DNA of 64,000 bases from Oligoflexales bacterium (GCA_045106415.1 JBGCEP010000026.1:11152-75151); one strand, 5' to 3'; counted from the first letter of the stretch, positions 26,088-36,018 are shown. The notes: generated by a model from the letters alone, not told the origin. A program made the numbers and translations.

Positions 26088-26849
26088 TTATTGTTCAAAC
26101 AGTACGTCAGTTGAAGACATCACCTGAACCAGAAGAGCAATACTGATGTCTGTGGTTGAAATGTTATCCGCAAGTAAACCTGTAACAAGTTCGTTCATTG
26201 CTTTTTCTTGTTCTGCTTGGTCGATAACTGTTCCTCGGCCAACTTCACTAAGGATGCTTTTGAAGATTGTTGATCTTCCGGCTGTACTATAGACAGTAGC
26301 TGCTGCCCCGGTGAGATCTGTTGTTCCGAAAAAACGAGCACGGATTGTTGCGTCAGCAACAATTTGTTCTGCAAGTGAGTGTGCGAGTTTAATGACAGCT
26401 TGCTGAACTGTTCCACCAAACTCAGCTGGGCTAAAACCTCTTGGGAGCAGAGAATTTACACTTGCAAGAACAGCTGCTGTTGGCGCAGGCCATGTTGTAA
26501 ATCCAGAAACACTTAAAAGAGTGCTTTCAATGCCCCGGAAGTTGCGAAGCATCATACCTGAGGGTATGTCTTCTACAGCAGCTCCTAAGTCGGCATCTGG
26601 GTCAAACGGACCGCTGGGAATGTCAGCTGTATCTTCGCCTCCATCACCGTTTCCATTTTTTCCGTTTGATTTAGAGCTGTTAGATCCTTTGGTTTTTGAG
26701 TCGTATTCTAAATCACTACCTTGGCCAATAGAACCAGATTTTTGTGCGGCTGTACCTGCTCCACTTCCCGATCTATGGTCAGCGGAGTCACAACCCCAAA
26801 AACCAAGAGAGGCAAGTAGAATGATATGGAACCCTTTTTTCATTAACAT
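26088..26849 (-). CDS. lipoprotein with G/S/N/K-rich linker, unknown function
   Basis: GAGAGGA serves as the SD. Lipobox 'SLGFWGC'. The low-complexity stretch 'SNSSKSNGKNGNGDGG' is followed by a ~150-aa helical region. Confidence 0.7.
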   Translation of the reverse strand: MLMKKGFHIILLASLGFWGCDSADHRSGSGAGTAAQKSGSIGQGSDLEYDSKTKGSNSSKSNGKNGNGDGGEDTADIPSGPFDPDADLGAAVEDIPSGMMLRNFRGIESTLLSVSGFTTWPAPTAAVLASVNSLLPRGFSPAEFGGTVQQAVIKLAHSLAEQIVADATIRARFFGTTDLTGAAATVYSTAGRSTIFKSILSEVGRGTVIDQAEQEKAMNELVTGLLADNISTTDISIALLVQVMSSTDVLFEQ

Positions 26850-26868
26850 AATTATTCCTCTCTTTAAT

Positions 26869-28095
26869 TTATTTAATACATTTCACAGCGGCGTCGATGA
26901 ATAACTGTTTGAAGTTTTTGTGTTTATCTCGGAAATCTTGCCCCATTTGATGGATTGCAAGTTCAATTTGCTTTTTTGCTTTAGGGTTGGCTGCCGTTTG
27001 TGGTGTTACATTACAAACATGTTTTACAGCATAGAATGCAAATGCATCTGAAAAAGCATTTGTTCTAGCGAGCATTTCACCCCATGCGCTAAGGCCTTGT
27101 CCAGCTATTTGGCCGTTAACAATATTTCCTCTCCAGCCAATGATTTCATTTTTTCCTGTAACCCATTTATTGATCCATTTATCGTCAACAACTCGACGAG
27201 CGTCAGGGAATACAGAAACGTTGCGGTTCATCTTAGGCTGAACAACACCAGGAGTGTATTCAAGGAAACCGTCTTCAGGTGTCTCACTTTGGCCAGGTTT
27301 AAAGTCATAATAGGCAGCGAAGTCACCCATAGCATCCATACCTGAGTGGCAGCCAGAACATTTTGAGATGAAAAGATTAGAGTCACCACCAGGAGCGCGA
27401 TCAACATCAGCGCGGATACTGCTGTCTTCAACTGTATTGTCATGAAATGACTCAAGCTCTTTTTCTAAGAAGTAACGGTATGCAAATTTAATAACAGCTC
27501 TGTTTGTACCGTCAAAAAAGAATGTTTGTGCAAAGCCTCGTGTACTCAAAACCCCAGAGACACCACCCGCTGGCATACCTGTTACAGTAGATTGTTTCCC
27601 CTTGATAAGGTCAGTTTTTAAATTGAAACCCGTCCCGCCTCCTAATGGATCTAGTTGCTGTGTCATTTCTTCATAGTGAGTATTGTTTGTTGTGGCATAT
27701 GGAGTTTGTATGTCTGAACCTGTATAAATAATGTCATCTGACAGTATTTTAAAGAAATCGCAGGTTGAGTCGTTAACACAACCAATGAGAGTAACGATCG
27801 TGTCGTTGAGGGGGCCGTCAACACTTGCTTCTTCATTTGTAAATGGACGGAATAAGTTGACAAGCCTTACGGATAGGAAGGCTGTATGGTCAACAGCGAT
27901 TTTTGCGGCTTCCTCAGGTTTGTTTGCTTCAATGTGAGCTTCCATTTGATCAATGATAGCCGTTGAAGGCGCTGCAACGCCGGTAATCCTCGAAAACATA
28001 CGTTTTGCCGTATCTCTAGGGGCCGCGTGAGCCTCCAAACACAACAGACCTGTGGCGGCAATACTCACAAGTAAGCTCGACTTCCATCGCATCAT
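26869..28095 (-). CDS. secreted protein with a single CxxCH motif (DUF1588-like by recollection)
   Basis: AAGGAGA serves as the SD. Signal peptide 'LLVSIAATGLLCLEAHA'. 'KCSGCHSGMDAMGDF' contains a CxxCH motif. 408 aa. Confidence 0.75.
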   Translation of the reverse strand: MMRWKSSLLVSIAATGLLCLEAHAAPRDTAKRMFSRITGVAAPSTAIIDQMEAHIEANKPEEAAKIAVDHTAFLSVRLVNLFRPFTNEEASVDGPLNDTIVTLIGCVNDSTCDFFKILSDDIIYTGSDIQTPYATTNNTHYEEMTQQLDPLGGGTGFNLKTDLIKGKQSTVTGMPAGGVSGVLSTRGFAQTFFFDGTNRAVIKFAYRYFLEKELESFHDNTVEDSSIRADVDRAPGGDSNLFISKCSGCHSGMDAMGDFAAYYDFKPGQSETPEDGFLEYTPGVVQPKMNRNVSVFPDARRVVDDKWINKWVTGKNEIIGWRGNIVNGQIAGQGLSAWGEMLARTNAFSDAFAFYAVKHVCNVTPQTAANPKAKKQIELAIHQMGQDFRDKHKNFKQLFIDAAVKCIK

Positions 28096-28367
28096 TCATT
28101 TCTCCTTGTAGGACGAATCAGACGATCTAACACACACACCGTGCTTAGACATAAACTCTTTCGGCTTTTGGCTATCTATTTTTAAGGTTAAATAAAGATT
28201 ATTTATTAAACGCTATGATATCAGTGTGTTCTCTTGATCTCGCGAGGAGCTAGAAACCAACTTTTATCTGAGGACACCGATATAGATTTACTATCTAGTC
28301 GCGTTAATAAAAATCCATGTCTCAAAAGTCGATGTGTGCTATAAGGAGTTGTGTTATTGGAGTGTTT

Positions 28368-29189
28368 ATGAAGATTTTTATTTTGCTTTTTATTAATTTT
28401 TCAATGTTTTTTTGTTTGCAGGCGGTGGAGGCGACTCCCTCCATAAAAAGAGAATTGTCAGGTATTAAGAAAAAGCCACATGATATAAAATTGTTAAAGG
28501 ATAAGACTTCAAATATTTTACTTTATGAAGAGAGACTTTTGTCTCCATATTTAAATTCAGAGGATCTTTATGCTTTTCAAACGCTGAGCTTGCAAATCAA
28601 AAATATGGTGGTGCCCTCTTTGCATCGCCTGCAATTAAATCAGGGGTTTAGAGAAGATGTTTTTTTTAAAATGTTGCGATCTGCAACGCGTGTTGTACAA
28701 AAAGAAATGTCTGTGAGTTCTAGTGATTTATTTTTAGCAACGTACTTATTTTTGAGTCGTTTAAGTATCCACAGCGTAAAGGGCAAGGTGGATCAAATGA
28801 AGTTTCCTATGCATTTGAGGAATCCGGTCGATAGAATGAGAATTCCCCCGCCTCAAGCTGGAGGTGGGATTCAAAGTATTGATGCGTGTCTTTTGTTTCT
28901 TCAACAAAAAATTCCAATGGTGGCAAAGACTTATTTATTTCGTATTGCGAAAAATTACCAGCTAACTTCGAAATCAATGGCAGAGCTTCGCTGCTCTTCT
29001 GTAAATGAAATGTTTTCACCTCTTCATTTGAAATATGTATTTTCTCTTTGGCGAGATGCCCTTTTGTCGGTGAAACAACATTCGTGGGAAAGTTTTGAGA
29101 TTTTTGAAAACACTCTCATATTAAACGAAAATGATTTGTCGAACTTTCCTTTTTGTAAAATCTTTTATAATCTTCAATCTCGGCTGTGA
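28368..29189 (+). CDS. secreted hypothetical protein
   Basis: ATG at 28368 lies 6 nt after GGAG (track start 28317). Signal peptide 'MKIFILLFINFSMFFCLQAVEA'. I recognise no family. Confidence 0.55.
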   Translation: MKIFILLFINFSMFFCLQAVEATPSIKRELSGIKKKPHDIKLLKDKTSNILLYEERLLSPYLNSEDLYAFQTLSLQIKNMVVPSLHRLQLNQGFREDVFFKMLRSATRVVQKEMSVSSSDLFLATYLFLSRLSIHSVKGKVDQMKFPMHLRNPVDRMRIPPPQAGGGIQSIDACLLFLQQKIPMVAKTYLFRIAKNYQLTSKSMAELRCSSVNEMFSPLHLKYVFSLWRDALLSVKQHSWESFEIFENTLILNENDLSNFPFCKIFYNLQSRL

Positions 29190-29387
29190 ATTTATTTTTT
29201 CTACGTTTATAGTTTGAAATATTTTTCAAAGAAATTTTATGAAGAAAGTGTTGCGCAGATAATGTGTTTGTGTTGAGTTTTATACAGTGAATTTATTATG
29301 AATTATTGAAAATTAAGCATTTTTCTTTTTGTCGTGTCTTTGTATTATGGCTGTTAGCATTTTAAACTATTATTTTTTTGATGATCC

Positions 29388-29852
29388 ATGGAAATTATGA
29401 TGAATAGCGCAGAGGTTGTGGCATCGATTACAAAGTCATACCAAGATATTGTCGTGAAAAAAGCTTATGGTGAAACAACTTTTTTTTATAATAAAAACTT
29501 GATTTTGCCTCATGGTGCCTATTTTTTAACGATTAAAGAACAAGACGGGCCAAATGATAAGCAGTCATGTCTTTATCGTGATTCGGTGTATCGATTGTCT
29601 TGGTGTATTGGTCGCAAGAAATATCAGGAAATTTTTGGCGACGTGCCAAAAAGGAAAAAGAAAAATGACCTGAACCTAGATGCTGATTTCTCAAAAATAA
29701 ATAAGTTGTTGCCTCATCCTATTTATTCTTGGATGTCATGGGTGATGCTTTTGTCACCAGATCAAAAAACCTTTCAAAAATACAGCGCCTTGATTGACAT
29801 AAGCTATCAACAGGCGGTCGAAAAATTTCAACATCGGATGAGATCGAATTAA
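29388..29852 (+). CDS. hypothetical cytoplasmic protein (DUF6194-like by recollection)
   Basis: 154-aa ORF. 'TTFFYN...LPHGAYFLTIKEQDGPNDK...YRLSWCIGRKKYQEIFG...LLPHPIYSWMSWVMLL' resembles a conserved unknown-function family. There is no clear SD. Confidence 0.45.
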   Translation: MEIMMNSAEVVASITKSYQDIVVKKAYGETTFFYNKNLILPHGAYFLTIKEQDGPNDKQSCLYRDSVYRLSWCIGRKKYQEIFGDVPKRKKKNDLNLDADFSKINKLLPHPIYSWMSWVMLLSPDQKTFQKYSALIDISYQQAVEKFQHRMRSN

Positions 29853-29910
29853 ATCTTTTAGAATCCTACGCTCTGTTATAATTGTTTTATAAAATTATGA
29901 TGGAGATGGT

Positions 29911-30771
29911 ATGTTTTTGCGATTTTTTTCAGTGTGTTTCTTGTTATGGGTCATAGGGTGTGATGATCCACATAAAGAGGAAATAGGATCTGTTACCGCG
30001 GAGTTGAAAAGCACGAAGCTATCAAGTCAAAGTTTAGCTTTGGCCGATGGTGTTGTTTTAAAAAATATAACAGGCCTCGCCGACTCCTTAGGGTTTAACT
30101 TTACAGAAGATCTTGCGTGTGGTTTCAATGTGTGGGGGGCAGATAGCCAAACAACAAAGTCAGGCTTAGAAGGCAGAAGTTATGAAAAATTTAATCTTGG
30201 AGACCCTGTTTCGTGGGAGTCAATTGGTGGGGGGCTCCAAGGAGATTGTGATTCGGCTGTTGTTGCGCAAGTTGAATCGTACTTTGTTTATATGGACTTA
30301 CATCTTACTGTCGATGGGGTTGAAAAGACGGTGAGAGCTTATATGGGGCAGCAGGCACCTTTTGAGGCGGGAGATATTGTTTTAAAAAATGGAGAAATAC
30401 TTTCTTGGTATGATAAAGATGCTGAGGCTTTGGTGCCGTCTTCTGTAGCTCGTCCTGCAAATCCAGCTCGCTTTGTTTTGACTAAAGAGGTGCCGTGGTA
30501 TGACAATAATGGGACTGAGAAAATTGTCATGATGGAATTTCGTATGAATACGGATGTTTCGACATATACAGTCACTAAGCAAACAGGTCATGTCGTCATC
30601 GATGTCGATTTCACAAACTCTGGTTTATCCATCCCAGATACGAGTGATGATGCGAGTTTATTAAAAACGATTCAATTACCATTTTTAGAGACTGATAATT
30701 ATAACAGCCTTTTGATTGCTTCGTTGACCTTGTTTGAAGATCGGCCGGACGATACGCTTGTGAAGGAATAA
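29911..30771 (+). CDS. lipoprotein of unknown function
   Basis: GGAGATGG serves as the SD. Lipobox 'LLWVIGC'. 286 aa. Confidence 0.6.
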   Translation: MFLRFFSVCFLLWVIGCDDPHKEEIGSVTAELKSTKLSSQSLALADGVVLKNITGLADSLGFNFTEDLACGFNVWGADSQTTKSGLEGRSYEKFNLGDPVSWESIGGGLQGDCDSAVVAQVESYFVYMDLHLTVDGVEKTVRAYMGQQAPFEAGDIVLKNGEILSWYDKDAEALVPSSVARPANPARFVLTKEVPWYDNNGTEKIVMMEFRMNTDVSTYTVTKQTGHVVIDVDFTNSGLSIPDTSDDASLLKTIQLPFLETDNYNSLLIASLTLFEDRPDDTLVKE

Positions 30772-30795
30772 AGTTCACTATGAATCGTTGTTGTC

Positions 30796-31923
30796 TTATT
30801 TGTGTGCCGCGGTATCTTGACCACTGATTTTGTGAAAAATAGCCACGAGGTAAGGAGTGGGAAGAAAGCCCCCGACTTCTTTACCGTTAATAATGAGAAG
30901 CGGTGTGCCTCGAACGTTATAGTGTTGGCTTACGGCGAGGTGGTCTTTAATCGCACTGCGAGATTCTTTACTTCGGTAACAGTTCTGGATGTTGTACTGT
31001 GACGCAAGGCTGTCTAAGTATGTTGGAGATATTTGATCTTGATGATCGAATATTTCGTTGTGTATTTCTTCGAACCGATCTCCAGCACAAGCTGCGATTC
31101 GGCTGGCTTGGCATGCCTGAGGGTGAGGGCCGTAGCCAACAGGAATCTGATAGTTACAGCTATCATCCATAGGGTAGAAGAAAAATTGCGCATTGACTAA
31201 GTGTTTAAATGGTTTGATAGCTGCAGGTAAAAAGTCACGAAGAGCCCTGCAGGCAGGGCATTGGAAATCTGAAAAAATACTGATCCGAATCGGAGCGTCC
31301 TTGAATTTTTCTGTGCTTTGATGGAGCCAGAATCCTGACTCTTGTGAAGGGTCTCCAACAAGAGGGGCTTTTTCAAAAAGTTTTTCTGCTTTTGGCGTAA
31401 CTTCTGTCAGGGTATTTTGACCCGCAGGAGTCCATAGAAAAAATAGAGCGATGACAGCAATGCCGAGACTCCCCTGGCTAAAGACAGGGAGTAGAGGAGG
31501 GAGTATCATCGACTGATATCCGACTGCAAAAAGAGCTAGAAAAGAAGCTAGATAATACAAAGAACAGGCAGGACATAATCCACCTAAAGCAAGAATCGAA
31601 TAAGCCCCGAGGGCAAGGCACCCGAGAGCATTCACAAGAGCAAGGCTGCGTGTGGATGCTAAAAAGAAACTAGGAAAAGCTGCTGCGATGAGAAAAAGAA
31701 GACCTGTAACAGCGCCAAAAACCCCTAAAGGGATACCAAAGATTGCACCAATAGGGGAAAGAGCTGTTTGGTCACAGTTCCAAAAACTGGAAAGATTACA
31801 CAAGCCGTGAGGTTCATCGGCTGTAGGGAAGTGGACTTGGAAATAATGTTGGGTGAGGTATAACCCGAGGGCCATCATAGATAAACTACTTACAACAAGG
31901 ATCCAACGTTTCCAAGGGGCCAT
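30796..31923 (-). CDS. VKOR (vitamin K epoxide reductase-like) membrane domain fused to DsbA/thioredoxin-like domain
   Basis: I prefer ATG at 31923, 1 nt after the era stop (track start 32028 would overlap era). The VKOR loop Cys pair is 'CNLSSFWNC' and the VKOR CxxC is 'CPACSLYY'. The C-terminal Trx-like motif is 'FSDFQCPACR'. Confidence 0.8.
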   Translation of the reverse strand: MAPWKRWILVVSSLSMMALGLYLTQHYFQVHFPTADEPHGLCNLSSFWNCDQTALSPIGAIFGIPLGVFGAVTGLLFLIAAAFPSFFLASTRSLALVNALGCLALGAYSILALGGLCPACSLYYLASFLALFAVGYQSMILPPLLPVFSQGSLGIAVIALFFLWTPAGQNTLTEVTPKAEKLFEKAPLVGDPSQESGFWLHQSTEKFKDAPIRISIFSDFQCPACRALRDFLPAAIKPFKHLVNAQFFFYPMDDSCNYQIPVGYGPHPQACQASRIAACAGDRFEEIHNEIFDHQDQISPTYLDSLASQYNIQNCYRSKESRSAIKDHLAVSQHYNVRGTPLLIINGKEVGGFLPTPYLVAIFHKISGQDTAAHK

Positions 31924-31924
31924 A

Positions 31925-32860
31925 TCACTCTCCGCCAGGGTTAAATTGCAATTCGGCAATAGCTCGCGCTTCATCCATCCAACCTTGCTGGACTTGGACG
32001 TGAAGGTCAAGGAAAACTGGTGTTTCAAAGTAGGATTCTAACGATTCACGTGCAGCCTGGCCGATAGACTTAAGCCTTTGGCCTCGTTTTCCAATGACCA
32101 TACCTTTATGGCTATCTCGGCTGACTATTAAGCTGCCATGTACAACGTGCATCAGTTTTGGTTCTGTTTTTTCTTCAACCGAATCGACTCTTACACTTGC
32201 TCCATATGGAAGCTCTTGGCCTGTTTGCCTAAACAGTTGCTCACGAATAAGTTCTGAAAGGATGAGCTTTTCAGGAGAAGCGCTCATTTCGTCTTCATCA
32301 AATAACATCGGTCCTTCAGGAATCATATCCATCCATAAAGAACGGAGGTCCTCAAGGCTTGTACGGCGGCGGGCTGAAATTAATTTGATTTTTGGCTTTG
32401 GCTTATCTTCAGGAATTTTACAAGCAGACAAACCTGCTTCAACACTGACTAGACCTTGCTGAATGATAGTTTTTTTAACAGCATCTTCTTTTGTGACTAA
32501 AATCATAATTGGTGATGAAGTCCGCGCTATTAATTTTTCAATGAGAGCCTGGTCTGCAGGCTGCCAGCCTGCGGTTCCGTCGATCAGATAGCAAACCACA
32601 TCTGCGTCTTGTACAACACCCCAGGCTTCTTGATTCATCAGCTGATTTAAACGAGGCTTGCCTTTGGCTTTGTGGAGACCTGGGGTATCAAGGAAGACTA
32701 ACTGGCGGTCGTCTTCAGTAAAAATACCAGTGATGCGATTGCGTGTTGTTTGTGCTTTACGGCTGACGCCTGCAATTTTACAACCAATCATAGCGTTTAA
32801 AAGTGTGCTTTTTCCTGCGTTAGGTCGGCCAAGAAAAGCGATGTATCCACAAAATGACAT
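31925..32860 (-). CDS. era: GTPase Era
   Basis: ATG at 32860. G1 is 'GRPNAGKSTLLN' and G3 is 'DTPG'. The C-terminal KH domain reads 'KGMVIGKRGQRLKSIG'. Confidence 0.9.
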   Translation of the reverse strand: MSFCGYIAFLGRPNAGKSTLLNAMIGCKIAGVSRKAQTTRNRITGIFTEDDRQLVFLDTPGLHKAKGKPRLNQLMNQEAWGVVQDADVVCYLIDGTAGWQPADQALIEKLIARTSSPIMILVTKEDAVKKTIIQQGLVSVEAGLSACKIPEDKPKPKIKLISARRRTSLEDLRSLWMDMIPEGPMLFDEDEMSASPEKLILSELIREQLFRQTGQELPYGASVRVDSVEEKTEPKLMHVVHGSLIVSRDSHKGMVIGKRGQRLKSIGQAARESLESYFETPVFLDLHVQVQQGWMDEARAIAELQFNPGGE

Positions 32861-32952
32861 ATAAAAACCCCGTTCGTTTATACGAAGAAGCGCATTATAG
32901 CACAATTATTTCTGATAATAAACACTAATAAGTTTTTAGATTTAAAGGGGTT

Positions 32953-32986
32953 ACGATCACGACGGTTTGAGCCTCATCGTGATCGT
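32953..32986 (-). terminator. 10-bp perfect hairpin between htrA-like gene and era (attenuator/terminator candidate)
   Basis: ACGATCACGA/TCGTGATCGT with a 14-nt loop, 8 nt after the stop at 32994. The downstream U-tract on the minus strand is weak. Confidence 0.35.
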
Positions 32987-32993
32987 TATGATT

Positions 32994-34445
32994 TTAAGGC
33001 TGATTAATGGAGACGAAGTAGTAGACTCGCTCTCTTTCAACTTGTAGGACGTGAGATTTTTTTGATTTTAAAACTTGTTCGAAATTTTCAACAGAGTGAA
33101 CAGCTTTTCCGTTAATTCTTCGCACAACGTCTCCTGGACGCAGATGTGCTTTTTCAGCAGGACTTTTACTCTCAACGTGAGTAATAACGACACCTTCGTT
33201 TGATTCAAATTGATATTTTTGTTTGAGGTCTTTTGTTACTTTTTGGCTTAAGATGCCAAAAGTGTGCTTTATATTTTGCTGACCCTCATTACGTTGAGGC
33301 TCTAAGCTTTGAGCTGTGCCAAGCTTCATAGAGATGACTTTGCTTTTTCCGTCACGCAGAAGCTTAAGCTTTACTGTTTCTTTAGGTTGTTGCATCCCAA
33401 TTGTGTATTGCAGATCACTTGTTGATTTCACAGTATGCTCTTCGCCATCAGTGGTCATGACAGATGTGACTACGTCACCCTCTAGAAGCTTTCCTGCAGA
33501 AGGCCCATCTGGCATGACTTGTGCAATCAATGCACCTTGAAGGTCTTTTGGGAAACCAAAGCCTTCTATGAGTTGTTCTGTGAGAGGTTGCAATTGAACG
33601 CCTAAAAATCCTCGTTGGATAGAACCTTCATTAATAAGGCGTGTGGCAATGTCTCTTACTATATTTGAAGGGATGGCAAAGCCAATGCCATTTGAAGCAC
33701 CTGATTTGGAGAAGATAGCAGTATTCATGCCGACAACTTCACCGTGTGTGTTTAGAAGGGGCCCACCGCTGTTTCCTGGGTTAATAGTAGAGTCGGTTTG
33801 AATAAATCTTTCATACTTTACAATACGGAGTTCTCTTCTGTGGACAGCTGAAACAATCCCCAAAGAAGCACTGCCTTGAAGCCCAAAGGGAGCACCGTCA
33901 GCAAGAACAAAGGCTCCTGCTTGGAGGTTGTCTGAGTCTCCAAGCCTGAGGGCTGCAATGTCATGTTTATCAAATTTTTCAGTGATTTGAACAACTGCAA
34001 TATCTGTTCCAGGGTCTCGTCCGACTATTTTGCCTTTGTAGGTTTTTTCATTGTTGAGCTTTAATGAGATTTCATCAGCGCCATCGACTACATGGTTATT
34101 GGTGAGGATGTAGCCTTTATCTAGGTCGACAATAAAGCCAGAACCTTGGCCGTCTTGTTTTCTTTCTTTTGGTTGTTGAGGTTGATGCTGTCGTCGCGCT
34201 TCATCTCCAAAGAGGTATTCGAAAAGGTCGACAGCCTGTGGAGAGGATATTGTTTTTGAAACAGAAACAAAAACAAGGCCTTGTCTTGCGCTCTCAACAA
34301 GTTTTTCTGTATCCTTTGAAACTTTTTGTAAAAAAGTTTGAGGGACAGGGGATTTTAAGGAAGGTGTAAATTCATATCGACTTTTTGCGGAAGATATGCC
34401 GCTAAAAAGTATAGATAATGACATAAGCAAGCATTGTAGTTTCAC
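32994..34445 (-). CDS. HtrA/DegP-family periplasmic serine protease with two PDZ domains
   Basis: GTG start with AGGAG 6 nt upstream and a signal peptide. The catalytic triad context is 'TNNHVV', 'DIAVVQI' and 'GNSGGPL'. Two PDZ-like segments follow. Confidence 0.9.
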   Translation of the reverse strand: MKLQCLLMSLSILFSGISSAKSRYEFTPSLKSPVPQTFLQKVSKDTEKLVESARQGLVFVSVSKTISSPQAVDLFEYLFGDEARRQHQPQQPKERKQDGQGSGFIVDLDKGYILTNNHVVDGADEISLKLNNEKTYKGKIVGRDPGTDIAVVQITEKFDKHDIAALRLGDSDNLQAGAFVLADGAPFGLQGSASLGIVSAVHRRELRIVKYERFIQTDSTINPGNSGGPLLNTHGEVVGMNTAIFSKSGASNGIGFAIPSNIVRDIATRLINEGSIQRGFLGVQLQPLTEQLIEGFGFPKDLQGALIAQVMPDGPSAGKLLEGDVVTSVMTTDGEEHTVKSTSDLQYTIGMQQPKETVKLKLLRDGKSKVISMKLGTAQSLEPQRNEGQQNIKHTFGILSQKVTKDLKQKYQFESNEGVVITHVESKSPAEKAHLRPGDVVRRINGKAVHSVENFEQVLKSKKSHVLQVERERVYYFVSINQP

Positions 34446-34890
34446 AAGACACTCCTAATCTAAAAATGTGAGACAGGTGGTGTAAACACCGTTTTCTTTA
34501 TTTTAATATGCCTGACAGGGAGTGAGAATTGCATAAGAGATCGAAATTTTTGTGAGCTAGGGTATTTAGAGTGTGAGATTGATAGGAGCCGGAGCAAGAA
34601 AGAAAGGAGTGATACAAAAGACAAGCGAAGCTATGAAGAATTTGCATCATGACTGGATTTGGCATGGTTTTTTATCTTTGCTGGTTGTAGTGCTTTTGAA
34701 AAGTTATTTAATAAATCGGCATGGTGTTGTGAGTGAGTGGTTTATTTTTTTGAGTAAGTTGTTTTTTGTAAAATCTCTGCGAGATTATGCCATAACTTCA
34801 AACTCTTTCGAATGAACAGATTTCTTAAGTCTGTGTAAGAGTTTGTATTCAAGTTTGGTTCATGATGCTTTGTAACTTTGTAAGCAAGGC

Positions 34891-36018
34891 TTACTCTTGT
34901 GGAAAATTATTATGAGAGCCGCGGCAATTGATAACGATCTGTTGCTGGAGCCATAAGTCTATAATGGTGAGATGAGCCATAGCTTCCACGATAGGGACAG
35001 CTCGAGGTAACACACAAGGGTCGTGTCGACCTTTATGAGGGGGGCAGATTGTAGATTGCCCGTTTCTATCGACGCTTTGTTGAGGTTTTTGAATAGTGGA
35101 GGTGGGCTTAAAAGCAATGCGCATATCAAGAGGTAAACCATTACTAATGCCGCCTTGTACGCCTCCAGCGTTATTACTTTGAGGGGTTATGTTCTGATTT
35201 TTATCAAGGCCTAAAGGGTCGTTGTGTTCCGATCCTTTGAGTTGTGTGCCTGAGAAACCACTGCCTATTTCAAAGCCTTTCGTTGCAGGAATACTCATCA
35301 TCGCCATAGCCATAACTGCCTGAAGTTTATGAAACACAGGTTCTCCTATTCCTTTTGGAACACCTTGAACAAGACAGCGTATGATTCCACCGAGGCTGTC
35401 GCCATCGTTTTTTGTTTTTTCAATAGCTTCCATCATGAGTGTCGAGTGTTTATGACAAGGGCATCTTACAGGTGTGTTTTCAATCTTTTTCGCATCCTTT
35501 TGGCACCATTGAGCATCAAAAGGATATTGGCATTCAATTTGTCCGACTGTTTGTACATAAGCGGTGGCGAGGTATTGGGGGTAGCGTTGTTGAAGTATTT
35601 GGCAAGCAATAGAGCCGGCAATGACTCGAGCTAAAGTTTCACGCGCACTTGCTCTGCCCCCACCGGAGAGTGCAAGAAGTCCGTATTTTTCTAAAGTTGT
35701 AGTGTCGGCGTGACCAGGGCGTAAGGCTGTTTGTTTATACTCTTTTGGATTTGCATCTTTGTTCTTGACGTAAAAACTTAATGGAGTTCCTAAAGAGACT
35801 CCGTTTTCAAGCCCACTCAAACATTCAACTCTGTCTTCTTCTTGACGTGGAGAAGTTAAAGAGCTTTGTCCTGGTTTGCGTTTATCAAGCTCAAGCTGAA
35901 TTTTTTGAAGATCAACTTTATATCCTGGAGGACAGCCATCGATGGTACAACCAACAGCGATACCATGCGACTCACCAAATGTCATGACTCGAAAATATTG
36001 ACCCCATAGGTTTGACAT
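34891..36018 (-). CDS. aroC: chorismate synthase
   Basis: 'FRVMTFGESHG', 'GGGRASARET' and 'RHDPCV' are signatures of the family. 375 aa. Confidence 0.92.
   Translation of the reverse strand: MSNLWGQYFRVMTFGESHGIAVGCTIDGCPPGYKVDLQKIQLELDKRKPGQSSLTSPRQEEDRVECLSGLENGVSLGTPLSFYVKNKDANPKEYKQTALRPGHADTTTLEKYGLLALSGGGRASARETLARVIAGSIACQILQQRYPQYLATAYVQTVGQIECQYPFDAQWCQKDAKKIENTPVRCPCHKHSTLMMEAIEKTKNDGDSLGGIIRCLVQGVPKGIGEPVFHKLQAVMAMAMMSIPATKGFEIGSGFSGTQLKGSEHNDPLGLDKNQNITPQSNNAGGVQGGISNGLPLDMRIAFKPTSTIQKPQQSVDRNGQSTICPPHKGRHDPCVLPRAVPIVEAMAHLTIIDLWLQQQIVINCRGSHNNFPQE

Noticed and set aside
24614-28095. Stating as fact that the exported three-gene operon was horizontally acquired because it looks GC-richer.
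   Set aside because: This rests on eyeballing a few lines (about 47 percent GC versus very AT-rich neighbours). Other core genes here, such as era and the VKOR gene, look similarly GC-rich. It needs a computed GC/codon-usage profile, so I kept it only as a hypothesis.
34573-34815. 80-aa ORF in the gap between the htrA-like gene and aroC.
   Set aside because: It has no convincing SD or start context and no recognisable family. It lies in a promoter/terminator region of two minus-strand genes. It could be a small membrane protein (hydrophobic core 'FLSLLVVVLL'), but the evidence is too weak to call.
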